A stretch of 64,000 nucleotides of DNA from Rhynchopus sp. YZ270_cl-10 (taxonomy: Eukaryota). Made by a program: the position numbers and the translations under genes. The stretch spans positions 248,001 to 312,000 of the forward strand of contig OZ037841.1 in NCBI GenBank assembly GCA_964035575.1, given 5' to 3'. This document shows, piece by piece, positions 35,401 to 47,444 of this stretch; the first letter of the stretch is position 1; every line of letters begins with the position of its first letter. The notes beneath the pieces were generated by a model that worked only from the letters and a program-made list of their open reading frames with translations, was not told where the DNA came from and did no database searches.

Positions 35401-36452
35401 TTCCCACAACCGTTCACAGCTGCTGTCAGCTTCACATCCCAGTATGCGTTGAACGTCACAGAGTTGTAATGTGCGTCTGTCCTCAATGTAGTTGTTGTCC
35501 CGTTCTCAACCACAAACTTCCCATCAAGCTTGGGGTTGTACGTGATCTGAAGTCTGCCAACACAGCTCAGGGTCCAGCACGTCTCGGCACCTGATGGCAG
35601 TGACGTGCCCACAGTCCCAGACAGTGCACTCAGGGTCGTGCATGGTCCAGCAGATGTCGGTGTTGGTGTGATGGGTGTGATCGGAGGTGACGGTGTGGAC
35701 GGTGTTGGTGAGGGTGTCTGTGGCGGGGCCGGTGGCGGCGCATGTGTGGGAACGTACTTCGGGTTCTCGGTGGCAGTGATAGCAGGAGCTGCCATGTTGC
35801 ATCCCCACGTGTACTGGAAGCCTCCACACCCACCACGGTAGCAGAACCTCCCGTACGCAACAAAGGACACGTTGCCTGTAGCACTGAACTGTGTGGTGCC
35901 GTAGTGCGGGCCGTACGCATCCGTCGCAAACACGTCCTTCCCTCCCGTTTCAGCAGAGAAGTTGCCGACGTAGAACATCTGATACTTCATCTCCACTGTC
36001 CCGTGGCACGTGATTGTGTTCACCAGAGGTGTGTAGAGGTGGTTATAGCCCAGGTTTGGGTTCACAAGGTCAGATGAGGTGGGCGAGCCGCTCACGTCAG
36101 GTGTGGCCATGTGTGGTGCGTCCGTCAGACAGCCCCACGCAAACTGCAGCGAGTGGCAGCCGCTTCCTGCACAGTCGTCCGTCACCTCGGCAGTGAGCCG
36201 CACTGTTTCAAAGGCGTGGAAGCGCACCCTGCCAAACGCAGGCTCGCTCCGCAGCACTTCCTTCGACGCGTTCGTGAGCACCACGTTCCCGGTGAAGGTC
36301 CCGTTGTACACAATCTCCATGCGCCCTGTGCAGGTCAGCTCCCAGCACGCCTCACCCACAGCTTGCGGCACTTGCACATCCAACATCCCAGTCTGGTCCA
36401 GCAGCTGCGAGCATGCCTGCAGCGCAAGCACAGGCACCAAGAGAGGAAGCAT
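32479..36452 (-). CDS. CUB-like-module type I membrane protein, paralog 7, with spliced cytoplasmic tail
   Basis: 1259-aa ORF; ATG at 36452. After the TM there is a 42-nt GTATGT..CACAG intron and a second GTATGT..GCTAAC..CTACAG intron. The last exon reads AKAQPEDVHVY..DDVLH* (ORF 32479-32688). Confidence 0.85.
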
Positions 36453-36898
36453 ATGTAACAAGAGTGTCTCTGGTGTTGGGTGTGGTGTAGTGCGGTGTTG
36501 ATAAGTGAGTGCAAAGGTTGTGTGGGGGATATCGAGGGAACTTTAGGTTAGTAACTTGTGCAACGCTGCTTTGTTGTCTCTGCATGGGGGTAAGTACATG
36601 AGCAAACCGATACAACCATTGCAACACTAACGAATCAGGCTGCTCGACACGACGCACTGTCAGTCTATTGTTATTTATATTTTATTTATTTTTGCCTGGT
36701 GCCTATGAGTGTAGACACTCGAGGATGAGCTCCAATATTATCCCCCCACCCCCCTCCCCACCTCGACCCCTTTTCCGATCGGTAGCACCCCGCTTCCTTC
36801 CTTCCCTCCTTCTTTCCTTCTTTCGTATCTCTTTGCGTTGCGTTAAAGTATAATGTTATTTATGTCATTTCGTACAGACACTGCTACTGCCCACTATC

Positions 36899-39800
36899 TT
36901 ACTGCAATAGGGACGCGTACACATCTTCCTCGGGACACGTCTCGGCAGATGTCGCAGGGACAGGCACAGGCACTGCGCCCTGTAGCTCACGCAGCTTCTG
37001 TGCAACTGCTTCCTCGATTATGGTGTTCCGCAACTTTTCATCAGCCTCCTTTTCCTCCATGAACTGTGTGTGCAGTGTTGTTTGTGCCAAGGCTTGTGTA
37101 TTGTATGATAAAGGACACTCCCGAGGGATGTCAGCACCACATGTAGGTCATACCATGGCCACCAGCTCCTCCTCGTACCTCTTCTGCTCAACTGCATCTG
37201 TCTTTGCAGTGTCGAGCTGCGCGTTCAACTGTGGCGTGAGAGGTGTTGTGTGTTGTACGTCAAAGTGTTGACTTCCTTTGTTGAAGGCGAGAAAAACGCC
37301 TCAAAGTAGACTGTTACATACGTCGTCGATGATGATGCCAGCACTGAGGCAGTCGTCTTCCGTTTGTTTGAGCTGTTGTTGTTGTGGTGTTGAGGTGTTG
37401 AGGTGTGTTGCGTGATGTGTGGTACCTGTGTCTTGAGGTCTGCCGCCTCCTTGTCCTTCTTGTCAATAATCTCGCGCACCTTGTCCTTCCACTGCATCAT
37501 CTTCGATGCGATGGCCTGCTTCTCCTCCTGCAGTGTCGCAACCAGGGCAGCCTGTGCGTCCGGGCTGCTCTCCAGAAGCTTCTGCAACTCAGCAACGCGT
37601 GAGGTCAGCTTCGTGTTCATGTCACTAAGGGCAGTGCGCTCACCCATAACCTGCGTCAACTGTGCGGTCAGTGCCGCGTGCTCTTCCTTCAAGGGGGTGT
37701 GTGAATCTGCAGCAGGTGCCGCAGCAGCGTCGCGCAATTCAGCTTCAGCAGCACCAAGCTTGGCAGCGAGGGACTCAGCCTCAGTCATTGCGGCTTCCCC
37801 TGCTTCAGAGAGTGTTGCAACTTCCTGCTTCGCTCCCTCCAGTTCTGCCACAATAGCGTCCTTTGCAGCTGTGCTTGCAACAAGTTCCTCCTTCAGTGTC
37901 TCTGTCGCTGTGGTGTTCTCTGCCAGCTGTGCAGTCAGCTGTGCAATGTTAGCCTGTGCAGTGGCCAGTTCAGATCGCACAGTACCCTCTTCCTCTGCTC
38001 TTGTCGAAAGGGCACTTGTCTGGGACTCCACAGATAGTTCAGCTTCCTTCAGGGCGGCTTCAGCAGCACCAAGCTTGGCAGCGAGGGACTCAGCCTCGGC
38101 CATTGCGGCTTCCCCTGCCTCAGAGAGTGTTGCAACTTCCTGCTTCACTCCCTCCAGTTCTGCCACAATAGCGTCCTTTGCGGCTGTGCTTGTTACAAGC
38201 TCCTCCTTCAGTGTCTCTGTCGCTGTGGTGTTCTCTGCCACCTGCTGAAGCAAAGCATCCCTTGCACTGCACGCCTCCTGCACTGCAGTGTCCTTCTCTG
38301 CCAGCTGTGCAGTCAGCTGCGTAATACTGGTTTGTGCAGTGGCCAGTTCAGATCGCACAGTACCCTCTTCCTCTGCTATTGTCGAAAGGGCACTTGTCTG
38401 GGACTCCACAGATAGTTCAGCTTCCTTCAGGGAGGCTTCAGCAGCACCAAGCTTGGCAGCGAGGGACTCAGCCTCGGCCATTGCGGCTTCCCCTGCCTCA
38501 GAGAGTGTTGCAACTTCCTGCTTCACTCCCTCCAGTTCTGCCACAATAGCGTCCTTTGCGGCTGTGCTTGTTACAAGCTCCTCCTTCAGTGTCTCTGTCG
38601 CTGTGGTGTTCTCTGCCACCTGCTGAAGCAAAGCATCCCTTGCACTGCACGCCTCCTGCACTGCAGTGTCCTTCTCTGCCAGCTGTGCAGTCAGCTGCGT
38701 AATACTGGTTTGTGCAGTGGCCAGTTCAGAGCGCACAGTACCCTCTTCCTCTGCTCTTGTCGAAAGGGCGCTTGTCTGGGACTCGACAGACAGTTCAGCT
38801 TCCTTCAGGGAGGCTTCAGCAGCACCAAGCTTGGCAGCGAGGGACTCAGCCTCGGCCATTGCGGCTTCCCCTGCTTCAGAGAGTGTTGCAACTTCCTGCT
38901 TTGCTCCCTCCAGTTCTGCCACAATAGCGTCCTTTGCAGCTGTGCTTGTTACAAGCTCCTCCTTCAGTGTCTCTGTCGCTGCGGTGTTCTCTGCCACCTG
39001 CTGAAGCAAAGCATCCCGTGCACTGCACGCCTCCTGCACTGCAGCGTCCTTCTCTGCCAGCTGTGCAGTCAGCTGTGTAATACTGGCTTGTGCAGTGGCC
39101 AGTTCAGAGCGCACAGTACCCTCTTCCTCTGCTATTGTCGAAAGGGCGCTTGTCTGGGACTCCACAGATAGTTCAGCTTCCTTCAGGGAGGCTTCAGCAG
39201 CACCAAGCTTGGCAGCGAGGGACTCAGCCTCGGCCATTGCGGCTTCCCCTGCTTCAGAGAGTGTTGCAACTTCCTGCTTCGCTCCCTCCAGTTCTGCCAC
39301 AATAGCGTCCTTTGCAGCTGTGCTTGCAACAAGTTCCTCCTTCAGTGTCTCAGTTGCTGTGGTGTTCTCTGCGAGTTGTGCAGTCAGCTGTGCAATACTG
39401 GCTTGTGCAGTGGCCAGTTCAGAGCGCACAGTTCCCTCTTCCTCTGCTCTTGTCGAAAGGGCGCTTGTCTGAGACTCGACAGACAGTTCAGCTTCCTTCA
39501 GGGAAGCTTCAGCAGCACCAAGCTTGGCAGCGAGCGACTCAGCCTCAGTCATTGCTGCTTCCCCTGCTTCAGATAGTGTTGCAACTTCCTGCTTCGCTCC
39601 CTCCAGTTCTGCCACAATAGCGTCCTTTGCGGCTGTGCTTGCAACAAGCTCCTCCTTCAGTGTCTCAGTTGCTGTGGTGTTCTCTGCCACCTGCTGAAGC
39701 AAAGCATCCCTTGCACTGCACGCCTCCTGCACTGCAGTGTCCTTCTCTGCCAGCTGTGCAGTCAGCTGTGTAATACTGGCTTGTGCAGTGGCCAGTTCAG

Positions 39801-42800
39801 AGCGCACAGTACCCTCTTCCTCTGCTCTTGTCGAAAGGGCACTTGTCTGAGACTCGACAGACAGTTCAGCTTCCTTCAGGGAGGCTTCAGCAGCACCAAG
39901 CTTGGCAGCAAGCGACTCAGCCTCAGTCATTGCTGCTTCCCCTGCCTCAGAGAGTGTTGCAACTTCCTGCTTTGCTCCCTCCAGTTCTGCCACAATAGCG
40001 TCCTTTGCAGCTGTGCTTGCGACAAGCTCCTCCTTCAGTGTCTCAGTCGCTGTGGTGTTCTCTGCCACCTGCTGAAGCAAAGCATCCCTTGCACTGCACG
40101 CCTCCTGCACTGCAGTGTCCTTCTCTGCGAGTTGTGCAGTGATGTCTTTCAGCTTGCTGTCGAGAGCTGTGTTGTCTGATTGCAGGGCTTGCAGCGCTGT
40201 GCTTGTCTCTTGATGCGATGACTGCACCTCACGCAGACGCTCTGCCTCTGCCACCTGCTCAGTGTGTGCCGCGTTCACTGCCTGCAACTCCGCTGCCAAG
40301 GCCTCGGCACGCTGCTCAGCGTCAGCACCACGCGTCCGCAGCTGTGCCGCCACTGCACTCTCCTCTTCTCTCTGCGCCGTCTGCACTGCAAGATCTGCCC
40401 TCAGCTCCTCTACTTGCACATGAGATGCGTCCAGTGCAGCACTGAGGCGAGAGACTTCCTCTGCATTGTTCCCATCGGCAGCAGGCGCAGACGACGACGA
40501 GACCTGCGCTTCGAGCGCCGCGACCTTGTCCTTCTCTGCCTGCAAGGTTTGCTGCACCTGTAGGGAACGATTTTACCAACACAAAATCCACGACTGAAAC
40601 TACAGCAAATGGCTGTTCAACCGTATTCTCCATACCTGCGCCTTCCACCCAACGACACGCGCCTCCATCTGCTTCTTCTCGCCCTCCACTGCCGCAGTAC
40701 GCTCCTGCTGTGTCTGCAGCTGTCCACGAAGCGTTGCAAGCTGTCCGTCGTTCTGCGTGATGATCTCCTTGACCTTGAGCTTCCAGTTCGCAAGCTTTGC
40801 GACGCCTTCATCGAGCTCCGCCTGCAAGCGTGCGTTGTCTGCCAGGTGTGCTCTGATCTTTTCCTCATACTCCTGCGGCGAGGGTGAGAAGGGATCGATA
40901 TGCTGCACTTCCGGCTGCACTGCCGTCTGCAGCGCAGGCTGCGGGGGGGTAGGCGCTGCGTCCTTCATACTCTGCTTCATCTCTTTGATCTGCAGGGCCT
41001 GCTTCTTCGCGAGCTTTGTTGTTTTTGGGTATGTAATATACATAGCGCTCTAATTAGAGTATTGGGGTATAATTAGAGTCTGGGATTTTGGGCCAAGTCA
41101 GTTAGAGTCCAGTTAGAGTATAATTAGAGTCGCTTTTCTTCAATTAGACTATAATTAGAGTGCAGTTAGATCATAATTAGACTCTAACTACACTCTAATT
41201 ATAGTCTAATTAGAGTAAAACAACAGGCTTCTTGTAGGTGCAAACGCCGTAAGGAACCGGTTCCCCTAAGGTTCCTCTGTAGGACCCAGGTGCCCAGCTA
41301 CCCACATAGCTGAAAATAAGACTTGGGGAACCGAGTTCTCAGCCGGACTGGGACACAATATGTGAAGGCGTTGTGGTCCGCCTGAAAGCGGGTCGGGGAC
41401 CCGGTCGCGGGAGGGTGGGGGCCTAGTCCTAGTCCTACTGTACCTAGTACCCAGTACCGGGACTCGGGACCCGGCTTATTCTCAGCTATGGGTACCCAGG
41501 TACTCAGACCCGCGCAGTGGCACATGCCCTCAAGTGTGAGTGCCCCATACATTAGGGAATGCGATGCAAAAACTCTATGTGCACCTTCGGTGCAACGCCG
41601 CAGACAGGCCAAGCAGCGTTGGACTCAGAGGAATGCCTGCTGTGCAGGTATCAAACATGAGAAACTCCCAGCAACAAGGGCATTATTGAAGGTGTTTGGG
41701 GTGCAAAATTTTCTACAAATGTTGATGCGCGGGTACAGAAGTGGTGTCTTGTTCTTTCATCTGTAGGAATGTAAATGTCAATCGAATTTAACTACCACTA
41801 AGGGGTCGAAGGGGTAATCCCAGTATCAAAGGCTGTGTTGACGGGAAATCTATCGCGAGCATACGTTCATTTCAGCCGAAGAAATACTACTTAGGGCAAA
41901 CAAATTTTTCGTTTGCGTTCGCGTCCTAAGGGTACCCAGAAAAACCTAGGCAGGCAGGCAAAAAAAAGTTTGTTTCAAAAAAAAGTTTTTTTCAAAATGT
42001 GCTTGCTGAACCCGGGAGTTGACCCTCCGGAGTCGGTTTTTTCTCTTTTTTTTTTCCTGTTGACACTGGTTTTGACTATTTTCTCATATTTCCCAAAATG
42101 GAACCACCTAAAGTTATATTATAAAATAGCAGGTGAGCACTTTTTCCCTCGGATGAGTACCCAGGCCACAGGCCACAGTACAGTGGTGCTGGTGAAGCTT
42201 TTAACGCCGGCATTTGCATTTTCGGAATCCGTCCGTCCAGTGGTGGGGTCAATTTGCTGAAATGGACAAGTTCTCGTTTTTGATCAATTTCCTCACAGTA
42301 TACACAGTATACACAGTATACACAGTATACACAGTATACACAGTATACACAGTATACACAGTATACACAGTATACACAGTATACACAGTATACACAGTAT
42401 ACACAGTATACACAGTATACACAGTATACACAGTATACACAGTATACACAGTATACACAGTATACACAGTATACACAGTATACACAGTATACACAGTATA
42501 CACAGTATACACAGTATACACAGTATACACAGTATACACAGTATACACAGTATACACAGTATACACAGTATACACAGTATACACAGACGGAAATTTCCCA
42601 GGGTCGGGAGATGAGCAGGGGAGGGAAGAATGTTAACTCACAGCCCAGGGTGTCTCCTAATTCTGGAAATTTTTCAAAATTCCGACATCCGGAAGCAATT
42701 TTTTTCCCTGGAAAAAAAGTGGGTTTGCAGCCCCAAAACATACTGCGATTGGCATTTCCGGAATCCGTCCGCGCTGTGGTGGGGTCAATTTGCCGAAATA

Positions 42801-44160
42801 GCCAAGTTCTTGGTTTTGGACAAAATGAGTGTAAGGTAAAGGGGGTAGGTAAATCCCACAACCCAGATTTTCTCCCTGATCCTGAAAACATGAAAATGCC
42901 CGAAAACACCGGCATTTGCATTTTCGGAATCCGTCCGGCCAGTGGTGGGGTCAATTTGCCAAAATGGACAAGTTCTTGCTTGTGGTCAAAACCCTTCGGC
43001 GTAACGTAAAGGGGGCCAAGTGTTTGCCTGTAGAAACTGGTAGGAACAGACAGCGCAGGCGCACGGTACCCAACATACTTTTTTCGGGAAAATACCAAAA
43101 CATAAGCACTTTAAACACGTCCCTAATTTTTCCGCAAACTTTTTCCCTGGCAATTTTTTTCCAAAGACCGGAAGCGGAAGCAAATTAGGAAACACCCTGA
43201 CACAGCCCCAACACAAAAAAATTGAAAAAAACTTTTTTTCAAAAAAACTTTTTTCCCCAAAAATCTCAAAAAAACCTAGGCAGGCAGGACGCGAACGCAT
43301 AAAAAAAGTTTGTTTGCCCTTATGAACCCAGGAGAGATCCAAGCCTCGCGTTGAACAACCGACAGCGACAATACCAAAGAGAATTCATAACAAAACAACA
43401 CTGCCCCATACACACTAAATAGCCATGCTTCAAGTGCATGCCCCTGGGCCAAAATTCCTGTGCTAAAAAGGCGACAAGACCATCCACAAGGAGTGTGAAT
43501 TGTGCACTGGTTTTCTGGGGGAACAAACAATATTTTCTTGTGTCTGGTTCTCTGCAAGCAGAGAACAGACTTTCTGGATTACAAAGTCGAATTTCTTGCA
43601 CTACCTATGCCCCCTGGGTTGATGGCTATAGCATTGATTGATGTGCCCCTCTTTATTGACCCTCTGATAGGACTCTAATTAGACTCTAATTAGAGTCCAG
43701 TTAGAGTATTAGAGTTCAGTTAGAGTTTTAAAGACTCTAATTATACTCGAACTGCCGACTCTAATTATCTAGTTAGAGTCTAATTGGAGCGCTATGTATA
43801 ATGTAAAGATCAAAAAGGGTAGAAGAAAAATAATGTCTGAATAGCGTGATTGCCACATTCTCCATAGACTCCAAAAAAAATTTTCTCGCGCTCTGAAAAG
43901 GGCACCTTAATTTGTTTGTCCAAAAAAGGTAGGAAATACTGCCATTTTTTTAATAATTAAAGATAGCATACAGTCATGAGTTGCACCTTGTCCATAGCCA
44001 TCAGATTAATCCGACCACTCTTTCCATCAGATTGCGATGTCTCGACGTCTTGGGGCTGTTGTTGTTGTTGTTGCTGCTGCTGGTGAGCCTGCAACTGCGC
44101 ATTAGTCGGCACACCCGCAACGCTACGGGCCTCGTTAGCGAGACTCCCAAGCCAATCCAT
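36899..44160 (-). CDS. Long coiled-coil protein with 126-aa tandem repeats (golgin/tether-like), 6 predicted exons
   Basis: Exons ~44160-43972, 41013-40636, 40557-37426, 37372-37322, 37228-~37154 and ~37063-36899, all joined in frame by GT-AG introns. E/A/L/K heptad-rich. Confidence 0.8.
37740..40140 (-). repeat. Coding tandem repeat, 378-nt unit with a 315-nt variant, ~6-7 units
   Basis: Shadow ORFs recur at 37956, 38334, 38712 and 39090 (step 378) and at 39783 (378+315). Confidence 0.9.
41894..43319. mobile_element. Non-autonomous PIF/Harbinger-like element (TTA TSD), nested in the TIR element
   Basis: TTA|GGGCAAACAAA..TGCGTTCGCGTCCT ... AGGACGCGAACGCA..TTTGTTTGCCC|TTA. The empty site ACTACTTATGAACCC is present in copy 1 at ~22068-22083. 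Confidence 0.88.
42294..42586. repeat. (CACAGTATA)n satellite, ~32 units
   Basis: Perfect 9-mer tandem array. Confidence 0.97.
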
Positions 44161-45174
44161 CTGAAGCTATTATTGTTTTGTGTTCCTGTTGTGCGGTGTA
44201 CACACTGTACAAGCATTTTTGCTGCATCGCAAGAAGAAAAAAAAAAACAGGAACACTTTTTTTGACCGATAAAACCTTTTTTTTTGAAGACAAAAGCAAG
44301 GCTCTGTACATAACATCCGACCACCCACCCACCCCTCTGCTAAGCAATACTAAGGGAGGAACGAAGTGGAGTTTGGGAGAAACGTGAGCGCACACCTCTG
44401 GGGGGAAGGTGAAGGGCAACGTGACCCGCACTCTACTAAATGGGGAGAAAAGAAAAAAGAAAAGTTGTAAGATGAATGTGTCCCTCGTGCACACACATCT
44501 TTGAAAAGGGGGGGACATAAAAGGCGAATGCTTGGTAGACGTCGTTCACATTGTTTTCTTGAAAAAACAAAAAAAAAAAACTTTTTTTTTTTTTGGATTT
44601 GTGCAAAGTGTCTCTCTGAGCTAACGCACTTCCACGCCTCTGCTGATCTATACACCGCGGGGAAAAGAATTCTGAGCTGATTGGCATCTTGTTTCAAGCC
44701 ACAAAAAAAAATGTGAAATCCTAAAAAAAAATATGCTTGAAAAGATGGCACAAAGGCAGCCTTGGGGTGCGTTTTTTAAAGGTAAATTGAAGCTATTTGA
44801 ACGGCGCGGATGACAGCAGACACCTCACCACGATCCCAAAAAAAGGGAAACATCAGATTCATATACTTTCAGTTCACAGAATTGAAAGTATTTGAGAGGG
44901 TCAACACAATGCACCCTTTCCTTTGGAAAATAATAAAACCTACATTCTTGAGCTCTTCTATACGAAATGATTTTCATTGGACGCATCCCCGTTGGAAACA
45001 TGAAAAATGAACGTGTCTCTCTCTCTAGTACATCCACCATAAAAGAGAATCAAATGACGCCTGTATGATGCATTGTGTCTCACGGGGCACATTACATCTA
45101 AACGTCAAAACAAAAAGCCACACACACGAATCCATTTGAGTCGGAACGCACACTGTGGTCACAAACTCTTTTTG

Positions 45175-45208
<34 letters not shown>

Positions 45209-47444
45209 CCCCTCTGATCTGGTTATTTCAGGGAGTATTTTTTTTCTTACCCATGGTTTTTAAAAACTTGTTGTGCACAACCATGGGGTAAGAAAAATCA
45301 TTCAAATCGGGATGCCGTATGCACTTTAGGCACATTGCATGCACACGAACACAAAAAGATTTTTTTTTCTTTTGACAAATACAAAGCCTCTCGTGACAGT
45401 GTACCTAAAAAGAGCTGGCAAGATTCGGTACTTACTGGGGGGGTTAAATACACCCCTTTTAGGGTCCGGCACGGTTATGAGGACATATTTAACCCCTCCC
45501 CCAGAAAAGACACCTGAAAAATAAGGGGGGGAACTGTAACTACTACTAAGACTCTGTACCACGCACTCGGGGTGCGTGATATGCCTTTGATGAGTGTCTT
45601 CTGAACGGACGCCTAACAGAAAACGCGAACAACAACTGGGTCCGACCTCCTCCTCCCCTCCCTGACAAATGGCACAACGGTGAGTAACATCTTGCGTACA
45701 CAGCCAACGAAAGAGCTGTGCAATCTGCGTCCACCTGCCCTCATAAACCATTTTTTTTTTCCGTGGCAGTTTTTTGGGCATCTTAGAGTCATTTTTGAGG
45801 GGAAGAAATGATGATTTAAAGAGAAACAACTTGAAAGACGAGTGGGCTGGGTTTGGGGCGCAATTTCATCTCATTTTCAAGCACGACACAACAACAGGGG
45901 AGGGGACTCCTGGGGGGACAGAGAGAACAGCGAGTTGACAGTGCACTACACTTCTAAGGAAGCAGGTACTCACACTACCCCTGCTAAGATTAGTTTCGTA
46001 TACTTTCTAGATCAAAGAAGAGAAAGTATAAGGACGGCCGCTAAAAAAAGAAGTATTTCAACATACGCAATCAATAAATTGATTGCATATTGTTGAAATA
46101 CTAGAGAAGAAGAAAAAAATAGGCAGAAGTGCACCCCAGGGGGGAAGCAGATATTTGTTCCCCCCCCCCCAATAAAAAACCCCGTCCTTTGTTTATTTGG
46201 ATCCTTCCCCGCTTTGATGCGGTTACCCCGTTAAAGTATAAAAACATTGTACATTCAATGAATTGAAAGTACAGAGAGAACAAAAATGGTCCCCATTAAA
46301 AATGATACACAGATACATCAGTCCTGTGGCCTGTGTAACTTGAAAAGGTAGGGATATATTCAAGAGTGCTAAGAACACCCTCAACTCTAAAAAATACCGA
46401 AAAAAAAGAAAAAAACGTCACAATTGCTTTTAAACGTCTTGTGTTGGACCCTCAAGGGAGGGGGTGTGGATGAAAAAGGTACCCGCACTTTTTTTTTTTG
46501 CAGTTTTCCATATTTTGAAACTTTTCTCACTTTTTTCGCGATATTAAAATGCGGTACAGTGTGGATAAAGTATGAAATACGGAAACAGGCGAATGTGTGA
46601 AATATAATACTTTTCGGCCGTGCGGTGCACTGCAGAATCAACAACAAAACAAAAACGATACCTTTTTGACAACCATAGCACAATACACACACAAAGCTGC
46701 TTTTAAAATAGCAAAGAAACAACGTTCGGTCCTCAAAAGCAAAAAAAAAAACCCCCCCGTTCTTGTTGTGCTAACCAACCTAATTTGTCACAAAGAAAAC
46801 AGGGACGCATTTCCCTTTTTCGCTACACAGGCAATGGTATTTTGCCTATAAAAAAAAAAAAAAAAATGAGAATTTGAGAAGTGCGAACCTCACCGGACAC
46901 CGGCAGACGCAGGCACTGACCCTCATTTCTGTCTTTACAAACTTCGTTTGTAACGACAGAACTGAGGCTTTATTTTCGTGTATGATTGCCTTTTTTTATA
47001 CTTTTTGCAAATCGCCGCGTTATTTGGGTTTGTAATTTTGTGGCTAGCATCCGAGGATGTACATCACACTGTTTATTTGTTCTCTAATGATCACCTCTCG
47101 CGAGGCAAAGACACCTATTTTTTTTTTTGAAAACTTGGTTGTATTAGTGTAGCCACCCGAGGATGAACTCTACTATTTTTTTTTTGTCTTGGGGGAGTTG
47201 GGAGGGTTTTTTGGTGGTTTTGGGTGGACGCTTTTTTTATGATAAATACAATCTTCCACTTTCGTTACTACTTTTTATTGGCTCAAAAAACAACAAAACA
47301 AAAACCCCAAACACAAAGATCACGCACGCTTTGAAAAAGTGAATTTTCTCAAAATCCACACAACACAAAAACCCCCAAAAAAAGGTAAGATGAACCTAAT
47401 CTCTTCCCCTTGATTCTTTTTTTTTTGATTTTTCCTAAAAATGC

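Larger units (their letters stand above)
41041..43796. mobile_element. TIR transposon copy 2 (TA/TATA flanks), within intron 1 of the coiled-coil gene
   Basis: Same TIRs and internal sequence as 21208-22556, interrupted by a 1.4-kb insertion. Confidence 0.9.

Noticed and set aside
278..36501. Many recurring plus-strand ORFs over the array
   Set aside because: Antisense shadows of the repeated minus-strand modules.
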